From Acidobacteriota bacterium (lineage in GTDB: Bacteria; Acidobacteriota; UBA6911; RPQK01; JAJDTT01), in the NCBI GenBank assembly GCA_965263035.1, contig OZ253580.1, forward strand, positions 1,056,001 through 1,120,000: a stretch of DNA of 64,000 nt, read 5' to 3'. Position 1 is the stretch's first letter. Each line of letters starts with the position of its first letter. Below, piece by piece: positions 49,483 through 58,740 of the stretch. The position numbers and the translations under genes were made by a program. The notes under the pieces were generated by a model. That model had not been told where the DNA came from. It did no database searches and saw only the letters and a list, made by a program, of their open reading frames with translations.

Positions 49483-50202
49483 TCAGGGCTGATACGGCAG
49501 GCGCCGGATCCAGATGTTGCGGAATCGAACCGGACTCCCATGGGCCTGCAGCTTCAGCGGGCCCTCCGAGACCATGGGGTTTCTCCGGCCCCGGCCCGTC
49601 CCTTCCCTGAGGGTGCGCTCGTACTGGACCAGGACTCCGTTGTGAAGAATCGTAAAGCGGGCCGGTTTCACGACCTTGCCTGATCGCCGGTCCAGGCGGG
49701 CGGCTCGAAACAGGATGTCGTAGCTCTGCCACTCGCCCGGCGCCCGGGTCACGTTGACCATGGGGGCGTAGCGGTTGAAGAGTGAGGCGCACTGCTGTTT
49801 CGCGGTGAATCTATTGGGGTTGTGGGAATCCAGAATCTGGACCTCGTACAGGTCGTGGAAATAGAGACCACTGTTGCCGTGGGACGGGTCATCGCCGGGT
49901 AGATTGAACTCGACGTGGACCTGGGCGTCCCGAAACCAATCCTTGCTGATGATGTCGTGATCCCCTGCAATCAGCACGCCATCCTCCACTCTCCAGTCCG
50001 CCGGACTGCCATCCGGTTGGGTGAAGCGGAAGTTGCCGGAGCCGTCGAACAGAACCAGCGCGTCGGCGGGAGGGCGGCCATCGGTATCGGTCTCCACCAC
50101 CGGCAGGACGGGCACGTACTTCTGGGCCGGGACCTCCGTGAGGGAGAACAATGGCAAGACGGACAGAAACCAGGTGGCCAGCGGCCGGTGATGTGGAATC
50201 AT
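49483..50202 (-). CDS. DUF1080 (3-keto-disaccharide hydrolase-like) secreted protein
   Basis: PPADALVLFDG, HVEF, GNSGLY, YEVQILDS, GEWQSYDI, LQAHGSPVRFRNIWIR. Confidence 0.88.
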   Translation of the reverse strand: MIPHHRPLATWFLSVLPLFSLTEVPAQKYVPVLPVVETDTDGRPPADALVLFDGSGNFRFTQPDGSPADWRVEDGVLIAGDHDIISKDWFRDAQVHVEFNLPGDDPSHGNSGLYFHDLYEVQILDSHNPNRFTAKQQCASLFNRYAPMVNVTRAPGEWQSYDILFRAARLDRRSGKVVKPARFTILHNGVLVQYERTLREGTGRGRRNPMVSEGPLKLQAHGSPVRFRNIWIRRLPYQP

Positions 50203-50439
50203 GGACCCGAGTATTCCAGTCCCGGCCCGTTCGAATCAAGGCCCAAGAGGAGGAGTAAGAATTGGGGAGTGAGAGAAGAGGAGGTGTCGCGTGGCTCCGG
50301 GGTGGATCGGTCCCATTCGAGGCATCTGAATTGCGGGTGAGAAGAAGAGAACAGCGTCGAAGCCCCGGCTCCAGATCATATCGATCCTCTCTCCTCTTTC
50401 GTCCGTAGTAGACTGGGAGCCTTGGAGCCCGGTGACACC

Positions 50440-50865
50440 ATGACGATCCGAGACCGTGTCGCTGAAACCCGATTCCGGGTGCGCTACGCCGAGACCGACC
50501 AGATGGGATTCGCTCACCATTCCAACCATCTGATCTGGTTCGAGGTCGCGCGGCTCGAGTTCTTTCGGGAGTTGGGCTTGAGCTATGACCGTCTGGAACG
50601 GGAATCGCAGACGTTTCTTCCGGTCGTGGAAATCAATTGCCGCTACATGAAGCCACTCTTTTACGACCGCGAGTTCGTGATACGAACCCGTCTCAAGCGC
50701 CTGGGCCGGCGGGGCATGACCTTCGGTTACCGGATCGTGGATCCCACCGGAAGCGTGAACTACGCCCGGGGAGAAAGCCGGCACATCGCCACCAACCGGA
50801 ACGGCCGACCATGCACCTTCCCCGACTACTTTCTGCGAGCCTGCCGTCTCGATGATGGTCCGTAA
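50440..50865 (+). CDS. Acyl-CoA thioesterase (YbgC/FadM, hotdog fold)
   Basis: RVRYAETDQMGFAHHSNHLIWFEVAR. Confidence 0.88.
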   Translation: MTIRDRVAETRFRVRYAETDQMGFAHHSNHLIWFEVARLEFFRELGLSYDRLERESQTFLPVVEINCRYMKPLFYDREFVIRTRLKRLGRRGMTFGYRIVDPTGSVNYARGESRHIATNRNGRPCTFPDYFLRACRLDDGP

Positions 50866-50988
50866 CGGCCGGGGTCGGAATCGGTGGGAACGCCGGTGCG
50901 CTACGCTTTTCGTTTATCGGTCCGTCATTCGTCCTTTCTCAGCAGCATGACCGGCCCCAACGAAATCACACCATGGCACCGGCGGACG

Positions 50989-51687
50989 ATGAATCGGCTG
51001 CCCCGTTGGCTGCATCGGCTGATTCTCCGGTTCGAAGCCTTGATCGAGGACCGTGTGGCCGAGTTCGCGCGCTCCCTGCCGGCCGGGACCCGAGTGCTGG
51101 ACGCGGGAGCCGGCGAGTGCCGGTACGCCCGCGAATTCTCCCATTGCCGTTACGTGGCCGTGGACCTGGCCGTGGGAGACGCCGATTGGGACTACTCGCG
51201 GCTTGACGGAGTGGCGGATCTGGCGCGGCTGCCGTTTCGGGACGCCTCCTTCGGCGCGGCCATCAACATCGTGGTCCTGGAGCACGTCCGGGACCCCCGG
51301 GCGGTGCTGGAAGAGCTGAGCCGGGTGCTGGCTCCGGGTGCCCGCTTGCTCCTGGCGGCGCCCCAGGAATGGGGAGTCCATCAGGCTCCCCACGACTACT
51401 TCCGCTATACCCGGCCCGGCCTCCATTGGCTGATGGAGCGGGCGGGTTTTGCCGACATTGCCATCGAAGCCGGCGGTGGATTCTTCACGCTTCTGGGAAG
51501 GCGGCTGCTGGATTCGACACTCTACTTCCAGGGAGGATGGCGGTGGCTGCTGTTCCCATTGGCTGCCGTCCTGGGTGGAGCCTTGGGAATCCTCCTGCCG
51601 ATTCTCGACTTCCTGGACCCAAACCGAAACACGACACTGGGCTATGTCTGTATGGCCAGAAAGCCGAGCTCGGAGTCTGCGCGGTAG
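50989..51687 (+). CDS. Class I SAM-dependent methyltransferase
   Basis: VLDAGAG, LPFRDASF, VLEHV.DP, PHDYFRYT; start may be 50947; the stop codon lies inside the MITE. Confidence 0.85.
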   Translation: MNRLPRWLHRLILRFEALIEDRVAEFARSLPAGTRVLDAGAGECRYAREFSHCRYVAVDLAVGDADWDYSRLDGVADLARLPFRDASFGAAINIVVLEHVRDPRAVLEELSRVLAPGARLLLAAPQEWGVHQAPHDYFRYTRPGLHWLMERAGFADIAIEAGGGFFTLLGRRLLDSTLYFQGGWRWLLFPLAAVLGGALGILLPILDFLDPNRNTTLGYVCMARKPSSESAR

Positions 51688-51835
51688 AAATGATCGTAGC
51701 GAGAAAGTGGGGAATCGAGGCCAGATTTTCTCGATTTGGAGGTGCATAGTTGTTCTATTCGCCGAGAAATCGAGGAAATATGGACCGATTCTACCGCTTT
51801 CGCAGTAGATCAATTTCTGCGGCGCAGGCTCCTAG
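51669..51835. mobile_element. MITE family A, copy 2 (inverted relative to copy 1)
   Basis: Reverse complement of 999-1165 with two internal substitutions seen; one flank is CTCG rather than CTAG. Confidence 0.85.
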
Positions 51836-51914
51836 CCCGAGTTTACCGTATTGGAGATCAGGATAAAGATAAGTTGTTTTTTTGCAAAGAGATAGGGCAG
51901 GTGTCCCGTATGAC

Positions 51915-53641
51915 CTACGGAGCCGCACCAAGGGGTCGGATGGCGTGTTTTTCGAGTCCCAGGACTTCGTACATCGTGCGCTGTTCGTCCGTCATCTGCG
52001 AGAGCGTCGTCCGGAGTTCGGGCTCGCCGCCCTCCTCCCGCGCTGGATACAGCACGTCGACCTCGCGGATCCCGCTGAGCGCGCCCAGCAGCGCGGGGAT
52101 CGAATCCTGCACGCCGTGGCGGCTCAGTTCCCGCTGCAGCAGGCCGCACAGCAGCAGCGCCAGCACGCAGCAGAACACATGCACCGCGATCTTCTGGTCC
52201 GTCCAGTGGTATTGTGGCCGGATGGCGATGCAGTTGCTGTCCTTGAGCTGCCGGAAGGCGCTCTCGACATGATGTTGCGCGCGGTAGCCGCGCACCAGCT
52301 CGGCGTCGCTCCAGCCCGCCTGGTCGGTAAACAGCAGGGTCTTGCCCAGTAACGTGCGCTGAAGCTGCTCCCAGGCGCGCCGCTGGAAGCGATAATTCAC
52401 CTTCGGCAAGCCGTCCACCTCACGCACCTGAACGGCGAACAGGTCCCGCATGTGCCGGGCCCGCAGCCAGCCGTCGACCTTCTTGCGCGTGCCGGCCAGG
52501 CTCGGCTTGCGTCCCCCCCGGATCTTGCCCTCGCGCCAGCGCCGCAACTGCCACTGCAGGGCGCGCAGGTGCTGGCGCCGCTTAGCGATCTCGCGCGCAG
52601 CAGCGTCCGACATTGGGCGTCGAACAGCGCTTGGTTCCAAGTCACCAGCACCGTGCGCTGGACGCCGAACACTTTGGACTCGGTGCGGTAGGAGCGCACG
52701 CCGGCCAGCCCGTCGGCCTCCAGCGAGCGCATCTGGTCCGCAGGCACGGCCAGCAGGTGCGGATGCTGGGTGGGGACCAGCGAGCCGATGAAGTGGAACG
52801 GGCTGCGCTCGACCCAGTCCAAGTTCGGGCGCGAGTTGTTGCCCTTGTCGAAGACCAGGGTGACCGTCTCGGTCCCGGCGGCGATCTCCCGGTAGCGCCG
52901 GGCCAAGTCGGCGGCGAGGCTTTGGAACGTTGGCGCGTCGGGGCGGTTGCCGGGATAGGTGCGATGCAGCAGGGGCAGGCGGAAGTCGGCCGTGACCAGC
53001 AGGGCCACGCCGATGATGCGCAACGACCTGCGGCCCTCCTTGCTGTGACCGCGCTGAGCCAGTTGGGAGCGCTGGTTGAAGGAATTGATGTAGGTAAAGA
53101 AGTGGGTGGCGTCAAACAGCACTTGGCCCAGGTCGAGGCGGAACTCGCGGGTCATGGCGGCAACGATGTCGCGTTCAATGGCGGGTAGGGCGGGGACGGG
53201 GACGCGGTGCATATGGTCCCAGAAGCGCTGGCTGGTGAGCTGGTTGGAGCGCAGGGGGAGCAGGCGGCGCAGGGCGGTGGAGTCGAACCAACGGGCGAGG
53301 CTGGCCTTGGAGCCGGGGGCGAGGCAGCGGTTGAGGACGGCGGCGAGCAAGTAGGTGCCGACGGAGGGACCGGAGCCGCGCTTCGGGAGATGGCGGTCGA
53401 TGTGCTCGACCAACTGCAAGCGGCGGGCGAGGGTAAGCAGGGCGGCCGAGGCCCCGAATTCGCGCACGACCGCCTCGAGCGGCTGGGCGGGGGCGGGGGC
53501 GGCGCGGAGCTTCTCGATGATCTTGTCGGCGCGACCGAGATAGGTCTGGGAGACGATCTTGGGTTTGCCGTCGACGCGCTTGCAGACGCGGGCGTAGTAG
53601 TAGGGGCGGCCCCGGATGATCTTCTTGACGAGGCTGGCCAT
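51915..53641 (-). pseudogene. IS1634 DDE transposase, frameshifted near 52595
   Basis: Motifs FDAT, GHSKEGR, LVFDKGN, then YRAQHHVESAFRQLK and IRPQYHW in a second frame. Removing one GC from CTGCTGCGCGCGAGATC restores LLREIAK. Confidence 0.85.
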
Positions 53642-53654
53642 ATATTTAGGTCAT

Positions 53655-53684
53655 ACAATAGCGTATGGATCCGACCGATGTCAA
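53655..53684 (-). promoter_or_regulatory. Sigma70-like promoter of the transposase
   Basis: TTGACA-18 bp-TATTGT on the minus strand, 13 nt before the ATG. Confidence 0.55.
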
Positions 53685-53938
53685 GCGAGTTATCCGTAAA
53701 AACTTCATTTATAGATGGAATAATAGTTCTGGAGAAGACCTGACAAATCCCACCATATATTAGGCCATACAAAAATCAATGGGACGAGAGCAAGGGCCTC
53801 GGCCGGGCTGGGTGATAAACCCTTCCTTATCAATAACTTGAATCTGAATCGTCGGTCTGCCCACGCGCTAGGGCAATGCTATGCTGGTGCGAACACGGTA
53901 AAGTCGAGCTAGGAGGTCACACCCATGGAGACGAGTAA

Positions 53939-54358
53939 ATGAGCCAAAAAAAACGAGCCGCCATCAATCCGCCGGGGGTGTTTCCTCCGGGTGGAGAATA
54001 CTCCTGCGCCGTGAGTGCCGGAGGCCTGCTCTTCATTGCCGGTCAGACCGCCTCTTCACCCGAAGGCAAGCTGGTGGGAGAAGGGGATGCCGCGGCCCAG
54101 ACGCGGCAGGTCTTCGAGAACATCGGCCGGATTCTCGAAGGCGCCGGCGCCTCCTTCAGTGACGTGGTGGAGTTCACCACCTACCTGGTGGGTGTGGAAT
54201 CGGTCGGTCCTTTCCTGGAGGCCCGCCGGGAACTGTTCCCGGCTCTCTACCCGAAAGGAGACTATCCCACCAACACCTTGCTCAACATCGAGTCTCTGGC
54301 CGGTTCCAAGGCCCTCGTGGAGATCAGGACCGTGGCGGTTCTTCCCGAATCGGACTGA
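53939..54358 (+). CDS. RidA (YjgF/YER057c/UK114) family protein
   Basis: YSCAV..GGLLFIAGQ, AQTRQVFENI, YPTNTL, LVEI. Confidence 0.88.
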   Translation: MSQKKRAAINPPGVFPPGGEYSCAVSAGGLLFIAGQTASSPEGKLVGEGDAAAQTRQVFENIGRILEGAGASFSDVVEFTTYLVGVESVGPFLEARRELFPALYPKGDYPTNTLLNIESLAGSKALVEIRTVAVLPESD

Positions 54359-55994
54359 CCGGAGACAGAGAATCGTCAGGCACGGCATTCGACCGGCCGT
54401 TCGCTGCCGTTTCACGATGGCCGGATGGCAACCAGAGAATTGCCTCGGTGCCGTCGGGCAGCGGCCAGCGCCGGGAGACACGCCAACCGGTCTGCTCCAG
54501 GCGCTCGTACACCGCTGGATTGAAGACAGTGAGATAGCTGATCCCCTGGTGTCCCGTCTTCCCGACCACGACCTGCACTCGTTCCAGTTGCTCCGGCGAC
54601 CCGGCCGAATGGCCCAGCCGGATGACGTCCAGTTCCCTTCCCGACTCCAGAGCCTGGAGACGGAGGGCCAAGAGATGAAAATGCGCCAAGTCGGGGACGA
54701 AGCCGACTCTGGCCCCCTCGGGAATCTGCTCCAGGATCTCCCGGTGGCACCAGTTTTCCCGGCGCGGCGGACCGGCCACGTCGAAGTAGCGGGAGGCGAA
54801 CAAGACCCACTCCCGTCCGGCGCTCCGGTAATCTCCATCGTCCGGGACCTGGAAGAGAGCCAGCTTTCCGGGGACCAGAGGCAGAGGGAACGACACGGCC
54901 AGAAATTGGAGCAGCGCCAGCGACGCCGCCAGACGCACGACCCATCGGCGCCGGTCCCAGGGCAGGAAAATCAAGATCGCCAGCGGTCCGGCCAGCGGAA
55001 GGACATACCTGGGATCCTTGGCCTCCAACAACGTCATCAGAAACAGCCCGCCCCAGAAGGTCCATCGGATCAGGCTCACCTCCGGAGGCCGGTCCTGCTT
55101 CCGCCCGGACTTGAGGAACGCCCCCAGGACGAAGAGTGCGGTGAGGGGAAGGAACAGGTAGTAGCTGGCCAGCGACCGGGGATAGTAGAGCCAGCCCAGC
55201 AGGGATTCCAGGCCCGGGTCCTGTTCCCATCCAGCCGCCTGCATGGTGAGAGTGAAGCGCTCCGACAGGTTCCCGGCGTTGGGCAGGTACCACCAGAAAA
55301 CCAGAGGAGCAGCCACCAGCGCGGCATCGACCAGATTCAGGAGCGAGCGCTTCCGGTCCCGGGAGCGGACCAGCGCCCAAACCAACGGAAACACCAGAAA
55401 CAGGATGAAGGTCCACTTGGTCAAAAGCCCCGCCGCGATGACCAGACCCAGCAACAGGCTAGAGCCCTTTCGTTCCAGATGCCGGCTCTTGGCCACCAGA
55501 CAGAGGGCCACCATGACCCACCCGCTGAGCGCCACGTCCAGGAGAGAGAAGCGGCTGGTCCAGGCCACGAGGGGAAAACACCAGGCCAGCAGCGCTGCCC
55601 AGGGGGCGGTTCCCCGAGTCAGACATCGGGAGGCCAGCCACCAGACGCCGCCGAAGAGCATGACCAGCCCCGGAAGATTGGAGAGGAAGACGAGGGCGTC
55701 CCGGTTGGGCCAGAGGGACAGAACCACCATTTCCTGGAGGTAGTAGAGGGGCGGGTAATAAGAGGAGAGTGAGGGAAAGTCTTCCGGCAGCCTCCCGGCG
55801 TCCAGGGTCCGCAGGGACTCCCAACCCTTGATCTGGTGGTGAGCCATGTCCCAGACCTGAGGCTGCTCATCCAACCCCAGCCAGACCAGGTGCAGCACCA
55901 GGACTCCCAGTCCCAGGAAGAGGACCGCGAATCGATCCGGCGCCGGCCGCGGCCGCTCACCAGTGGGTTGCGGGGTCGGGGACGGGACCATCAT
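54324..55994 (-). CDS. GT-C fold glycosyltransferase (ArnT/PMT-like)
   Basis: Polytopic membrane protein; WDMAHH after TM1, YYPPLYY, LLDVAL, GLLTKW, KDPRY. Confidence 0.78.
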   Translation of the reverse strand: MMVPSPTPQPTGERPRPAPDRFAVLFLGLGVLVLHLVWLGLDEQPQVWDMAHHQIKGWESLRTLDAGRLPEDFPSLSSYYPPLYYLQEMVVLSLWPNRDALVFLSNLPGLVMLFGGVWWLASRCLTRGTAPWAALLAWCFPLVAWTSRFSLLDVALSGWVMVALCLVAKSRHLERKGSSLLLGLVIAAGLLTKWTFILFLVFPLVWALVRSRDRKRSLLNLVDAALVAAPLVFWWYLPNAGNLSERFTLTMQAAGWEQDPGLESLLGWLYYPRSLASYYLFLPLTALFVLGAFLKSGRKQDRPPEVSLIRWTFWGGLFLMTLLEAKDPRYVLPLAGPLAILIFLPWDRRRWVVRLAASLALLQFLAVSFPLPLVPGKLALFQVPDDGDYRSAGREWVLFASRYFDVAGPPRRENWCHREILEQIPEGARVGFVPDLAHFHLLALRLQALESGRELDVIRLGHSAGSPEQLERVQVVVGKTGHQGISYLTVFNPAVYERLEQTGWRVSRRWPLPDGTEAILWLPSGHRETAANGRSNAVPDDSLSPVSPIREEPPRS

Positions 55995-57627
55995 AGGGCT
56001 TCTTTACCCGGAAGATATTGAACCACTCCCACGGCCCGCCTCCGGAGATGCTGACGGGGAGAATGCCCCAGCCCGTGCTGTAGAACCCAGCGTGGGAAGA
56101 CGGGTCCAGAATGCGCCACGGAGTGTTCAAGCGCGCCGGGCGCTGCTCGAGCAGATCGAGGTATTCGTCGGAATCGTAGAGGGTCACCCACGGGGAGGCC
56201 AGGACCGGCTTGACCAGGATATCTCCAGCCTCGGGACCGACTTCGGACCGCTCCAGTATCCTCGCTCCCTCCTGCTCCAGGTAATGGCGGAAGCCCCACT
56301 CGGCAGTGAACCAGAGAGTTTTCCCCTCGTGCCCGTAATCCTGTGCGATCTCCTGGGCCGCCTGCTGGTAGCTCCGAGCGAAACGGTAGTCGGCATGGGC
56401 TATGGTCAGAGAATAGACGGCGGTCAGGACCACCCCGAGCCAGACCAGGTTCCGGAGCAGATAGGTCTCCTTGACCCGTTTCTCCAGGGAGGCGATCCAG
56501 AGCAGAATCACCGGTCCCGATACCAGCGTCGAGTATCGCACCGATCCCGAATAGTACATGAGGAGGCACGCCAGGCAGCCCCCGAAGAACCAGAGCCAGA
56601 TGGGAAGCCAGCGCCAGTCCCGTTTGGAGAGAAGTTCGGTCCCGCAGCCGGACAGAAAACGCCAGAACACCGCCACTCCACTGGAGAGAAACAGGGAAAA
56701 CAGAAATACCTGGCTCCATGTCCAGTTCTCCCACCACAGGTAGAAGGGGACGAAGGAGAGCAGGAACAGGACGGCCAGAATGCGGGCGCCGATGCGGCCG
56801 GCCAGACCGTACCAGAGCGCCACGGGGAAGAGCACCGTTCCGCCCAGGTTCAGCAGCAGGGAGAGAATTTTCTCCCCCATGATCGAACCCGAATAGATGT
56901 CTCGCTGAAGTGCGTGAATAGCCGTGTTCAGCAGCAGGAAGCGATCGTAGTGGAGAAGGGCACGCAGGTACCAAAGACCCCACAGCAGCAGCGGAGAGGC
57001 CAGGACCAGCAGCATCTTTCCCCTGGAGATCCGGGGAGCCTCAGCCTCCCGCACGAAAAGACAGACCAGCATCAACAGCACCAAGCCGCCCCCCAGGACG
57101 GAGATGAAGCAGGTTCCCAGCAACGACACTCCCCAGATCAGCCAGTCCCAACCCGTGGCGGTCCCGTCCCGCACCCGCAGGAAACGGGAAAGGGCCACGA
57201 TCCAAAGGGACCAGAAGGGGACGTCGGTCATGACGGTGTGGCTGGAAACGAGAAAACCGGGCGCCGCAATCAGGAGGCAGGAGGCAGCCAGGGGAAACCG
57301 GACATAACGCCGAGCCAGATCGTGGAACCCCCAAGCCGCCAAGACGGGAAAGATCAGAAAGCCGAGATGGTAGACCCACTCGGCCTGGCTGTTGCTCACC
57401 CACTTCAGCAGAGCCAGATAATAGCTGACCAGGGGCAGGTGGCTGTGACTGGCGGCATCGGGCGCCCCCATGCCCTCGAAACTGATTCGGAAGTCGTAGG
57501 GATAGAGGGGCGTCTGCAGAATGTTTTCGGCCACCCGCAGATAGATGCGGTCGTCGATGTGGAAGGCCTGGAAGAGGAAAGGGAGCTGAGTCCCCAGAAT
57601 CAGCGGGATCAGAACCCTGGCCCGCAT
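55957..57627 (-). CDS. GT-C fold glycosyltransferase (ArnT/PMT-like)
   Basis: Polytopic membrane protein; FHIDD acidic motif after TM1, HLPLVSYYLA, VMTDVP, SVRY. Confidence 0.75.
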   Translation of the reverse strand: MRARVLIPLILGTQLPFLFQAFHIDDRIYLRVAENILQTPLYPYDFRISFEGMGAPDAASHSHLPLVSYYLALLKWVSNSQAEWVYHLGFLIFPVLAAWGFHDLARRYVRFPLAASCLLIAAPGFLVSSHTVMTDVPFWSLWIVALSRFLRVRDGTATGWDWLIWGVSLLGTCFISVLGGGLVLLMLVCLFVREAEAPRISRGKMLLVLASPLLLWGLWYLRALLHYDRFLLLNTAIHALQRDIYSGSIMGEKILSLLLNLGGTVLFPVALWYGLAGRIGARILAVLFLLSFVPFYLWWENWTWSQVFLFSLFLSSGVAVFWRFLSGCGTELLSKRDWRWLPIWLWFFGGCLACLLMYYSGSVRYSTLVSGPVILLWIASLEKRVKETYLLRNLVWLGVVLTAVYSLTIAHADYRFARSYQQAAQEIAQDYGHEGKTLWFTAEWGFRHYLEQEGARILERSEVGPEAGDILVKPVLASPWVTLYDSDEYLDLLEQRPARLNTPWRILDPSSHAGFYSTGWGILPVSISGGGPWEWFNIFRVKKPYDGPVPDPATHW

Positions 57628-57633
57628 TTCGGG

Positions 57634-58650
57634 CTAATGATCCCTGAAGATCGGCATCTTGTAGAAGATGGCCAACTTCTCCATCCGGGGAATCCAGCGG
57701 CGGACCTGCAGGGTGTCCACCATGAAGCTGCCCAGGATGATGGGGAGACGGGGATTGGGCGCGTGACAGTCCTGGCACTCGGGATAGTCGGTCAGGTCTC
57801 CCTTCAGATGAGCCTCCCGCATCCGCTCCATCCTCTCCGAATTCCAGAGGTCGTAGATGGAGGAGTCTCGGACGTTGCCGATGGGCTCGGTCTGCCAGGT
57901 GTGGCAACAGGGGAAGAATTCCCCCTTGTAATTGACCATGGCGGGCCCTTGCCAGAGCTGGTAGCACGGATGCCGCCGCCGGGTGTGCTGAATCCTCTCC
58001 TCCAGCGCAACCTCCGGAATGACGATCTCGTCCTCCTTGATCCGAACTTCGTCGACGCCGTCGATGGACCACATCCGCTGGAAGTCCCGGACCTGGTGCT
58101 GATTTTCGGGAAGCCGGACCATCTGGAGAACCACGAACAGATCGGGACGCTGGACCTTCTTCATCTCCAGGAAGCTCAGGATGTTGGCCCTGACCTTCTC
58201 GAAATTGGCCCCCTTGCGGTACTTCTCGTATGTTTCGGGAGTGGTCCCGTCGAAGGCGATGATGAGACTGTCCAGCCCCGACTCCAGGAGTTCCTGGCTC
58301 CGGCGCCGGTCCAACAGGGTGGCGTTGGTCGAAACCACGGTGTAGATATCAGCGTCGTTGCAATATCGGACCATGCGGAAGATGTCGGGATTCATGAGAG
58401 GCTCGCCGCCTCCCCAAGGGAATACCAATTCGGTCTTTTGGCTGATCTCGTCGATGATCTGCTGGAAGAGGCCGAAATCAAAGTCCTCAGGGGGATAGTA
58501 GCCCAGCTCCCGCGGACACATGGGGCACTTGAGGTTGCATTTCCCGGTGTTCTCGATGATGAGGGTGATGGGGTAGGCTTCCAGATCGGCGCGTCCCGTA
58601 AGGTACCCGGAGAGCAGTTTCCACCGATTCTGTGCCTGAGTCAGCCTCAT
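57634..58650 (-). CDS. Radical SAM protein with SPASM/twitch domain
   Basis: CNLKCPMC (CxxxCxxC), GGGEPL, STNA; C-terminal CYQLW...PCC...CQDC. Confidence 0.9.
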   Translation of the reverse strand: MRLTQAQNRWKLLSGYLTGRADLEAYPITLIIENTGKCNLKCPMCPRELGYYPPEDFDFGLFQQIIDEISQKTELVFPWGGGEPLMNPDIFRMVRYCNDADIYTVVSTNATLLDRRRSQELLESGLDSLIIAFDGTTPETYEKYRKGANFEKVRANILSFLEMKKVQRPDLFVVLQMVRLPENQHQVRDFQRMWSIDGVDEVRIKEDEIVIPEVALEERIQHTRRRHPCYQLWQGPAMVNYKGEFFPCCHTWQTEPIGNVRDSSIYDLWNSERMERMREAHLKGDLTDYPECQDCHAPNPRLPIILGSFMVDTLQVRRWIPRMEKLAIFYKMPIFRDH

Positions 58651-58740
58651 GTGCCGCTACCTGGAATATGCGGTGCTCATCTTAGCAGAAACACCACCAC
58701 GGCACTTATTTGACGACATGGAGATCCGAGGCGTCGCGGA

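Larger units (their letters stand above)
51836..53908 (-). mobile_element. IS1634-family insertion sequence
   Basis: Imperfect terminal IRs CCCGAGTTTACCGTA / CACGGTAAAGTCGAG; CTAG duplicated at 51832-51835 and 53909-53912; encloses a transposase gene. Confidence 0.88.

Noticed and set aside
50203-50439. Purine-rich and pyrimidine-rich tracts in a divergent intergenic region
   Set aside because: Complementarity is imperfect and low-complexity, with no second copy or target duplication.
53911-53942. Mini-ORF METSK* with AGGAGG, overlapping the ridA start
   Set aside because: It is five codons long and ridA has its own GGAG at normal spacing; likely chance at the IS junction.
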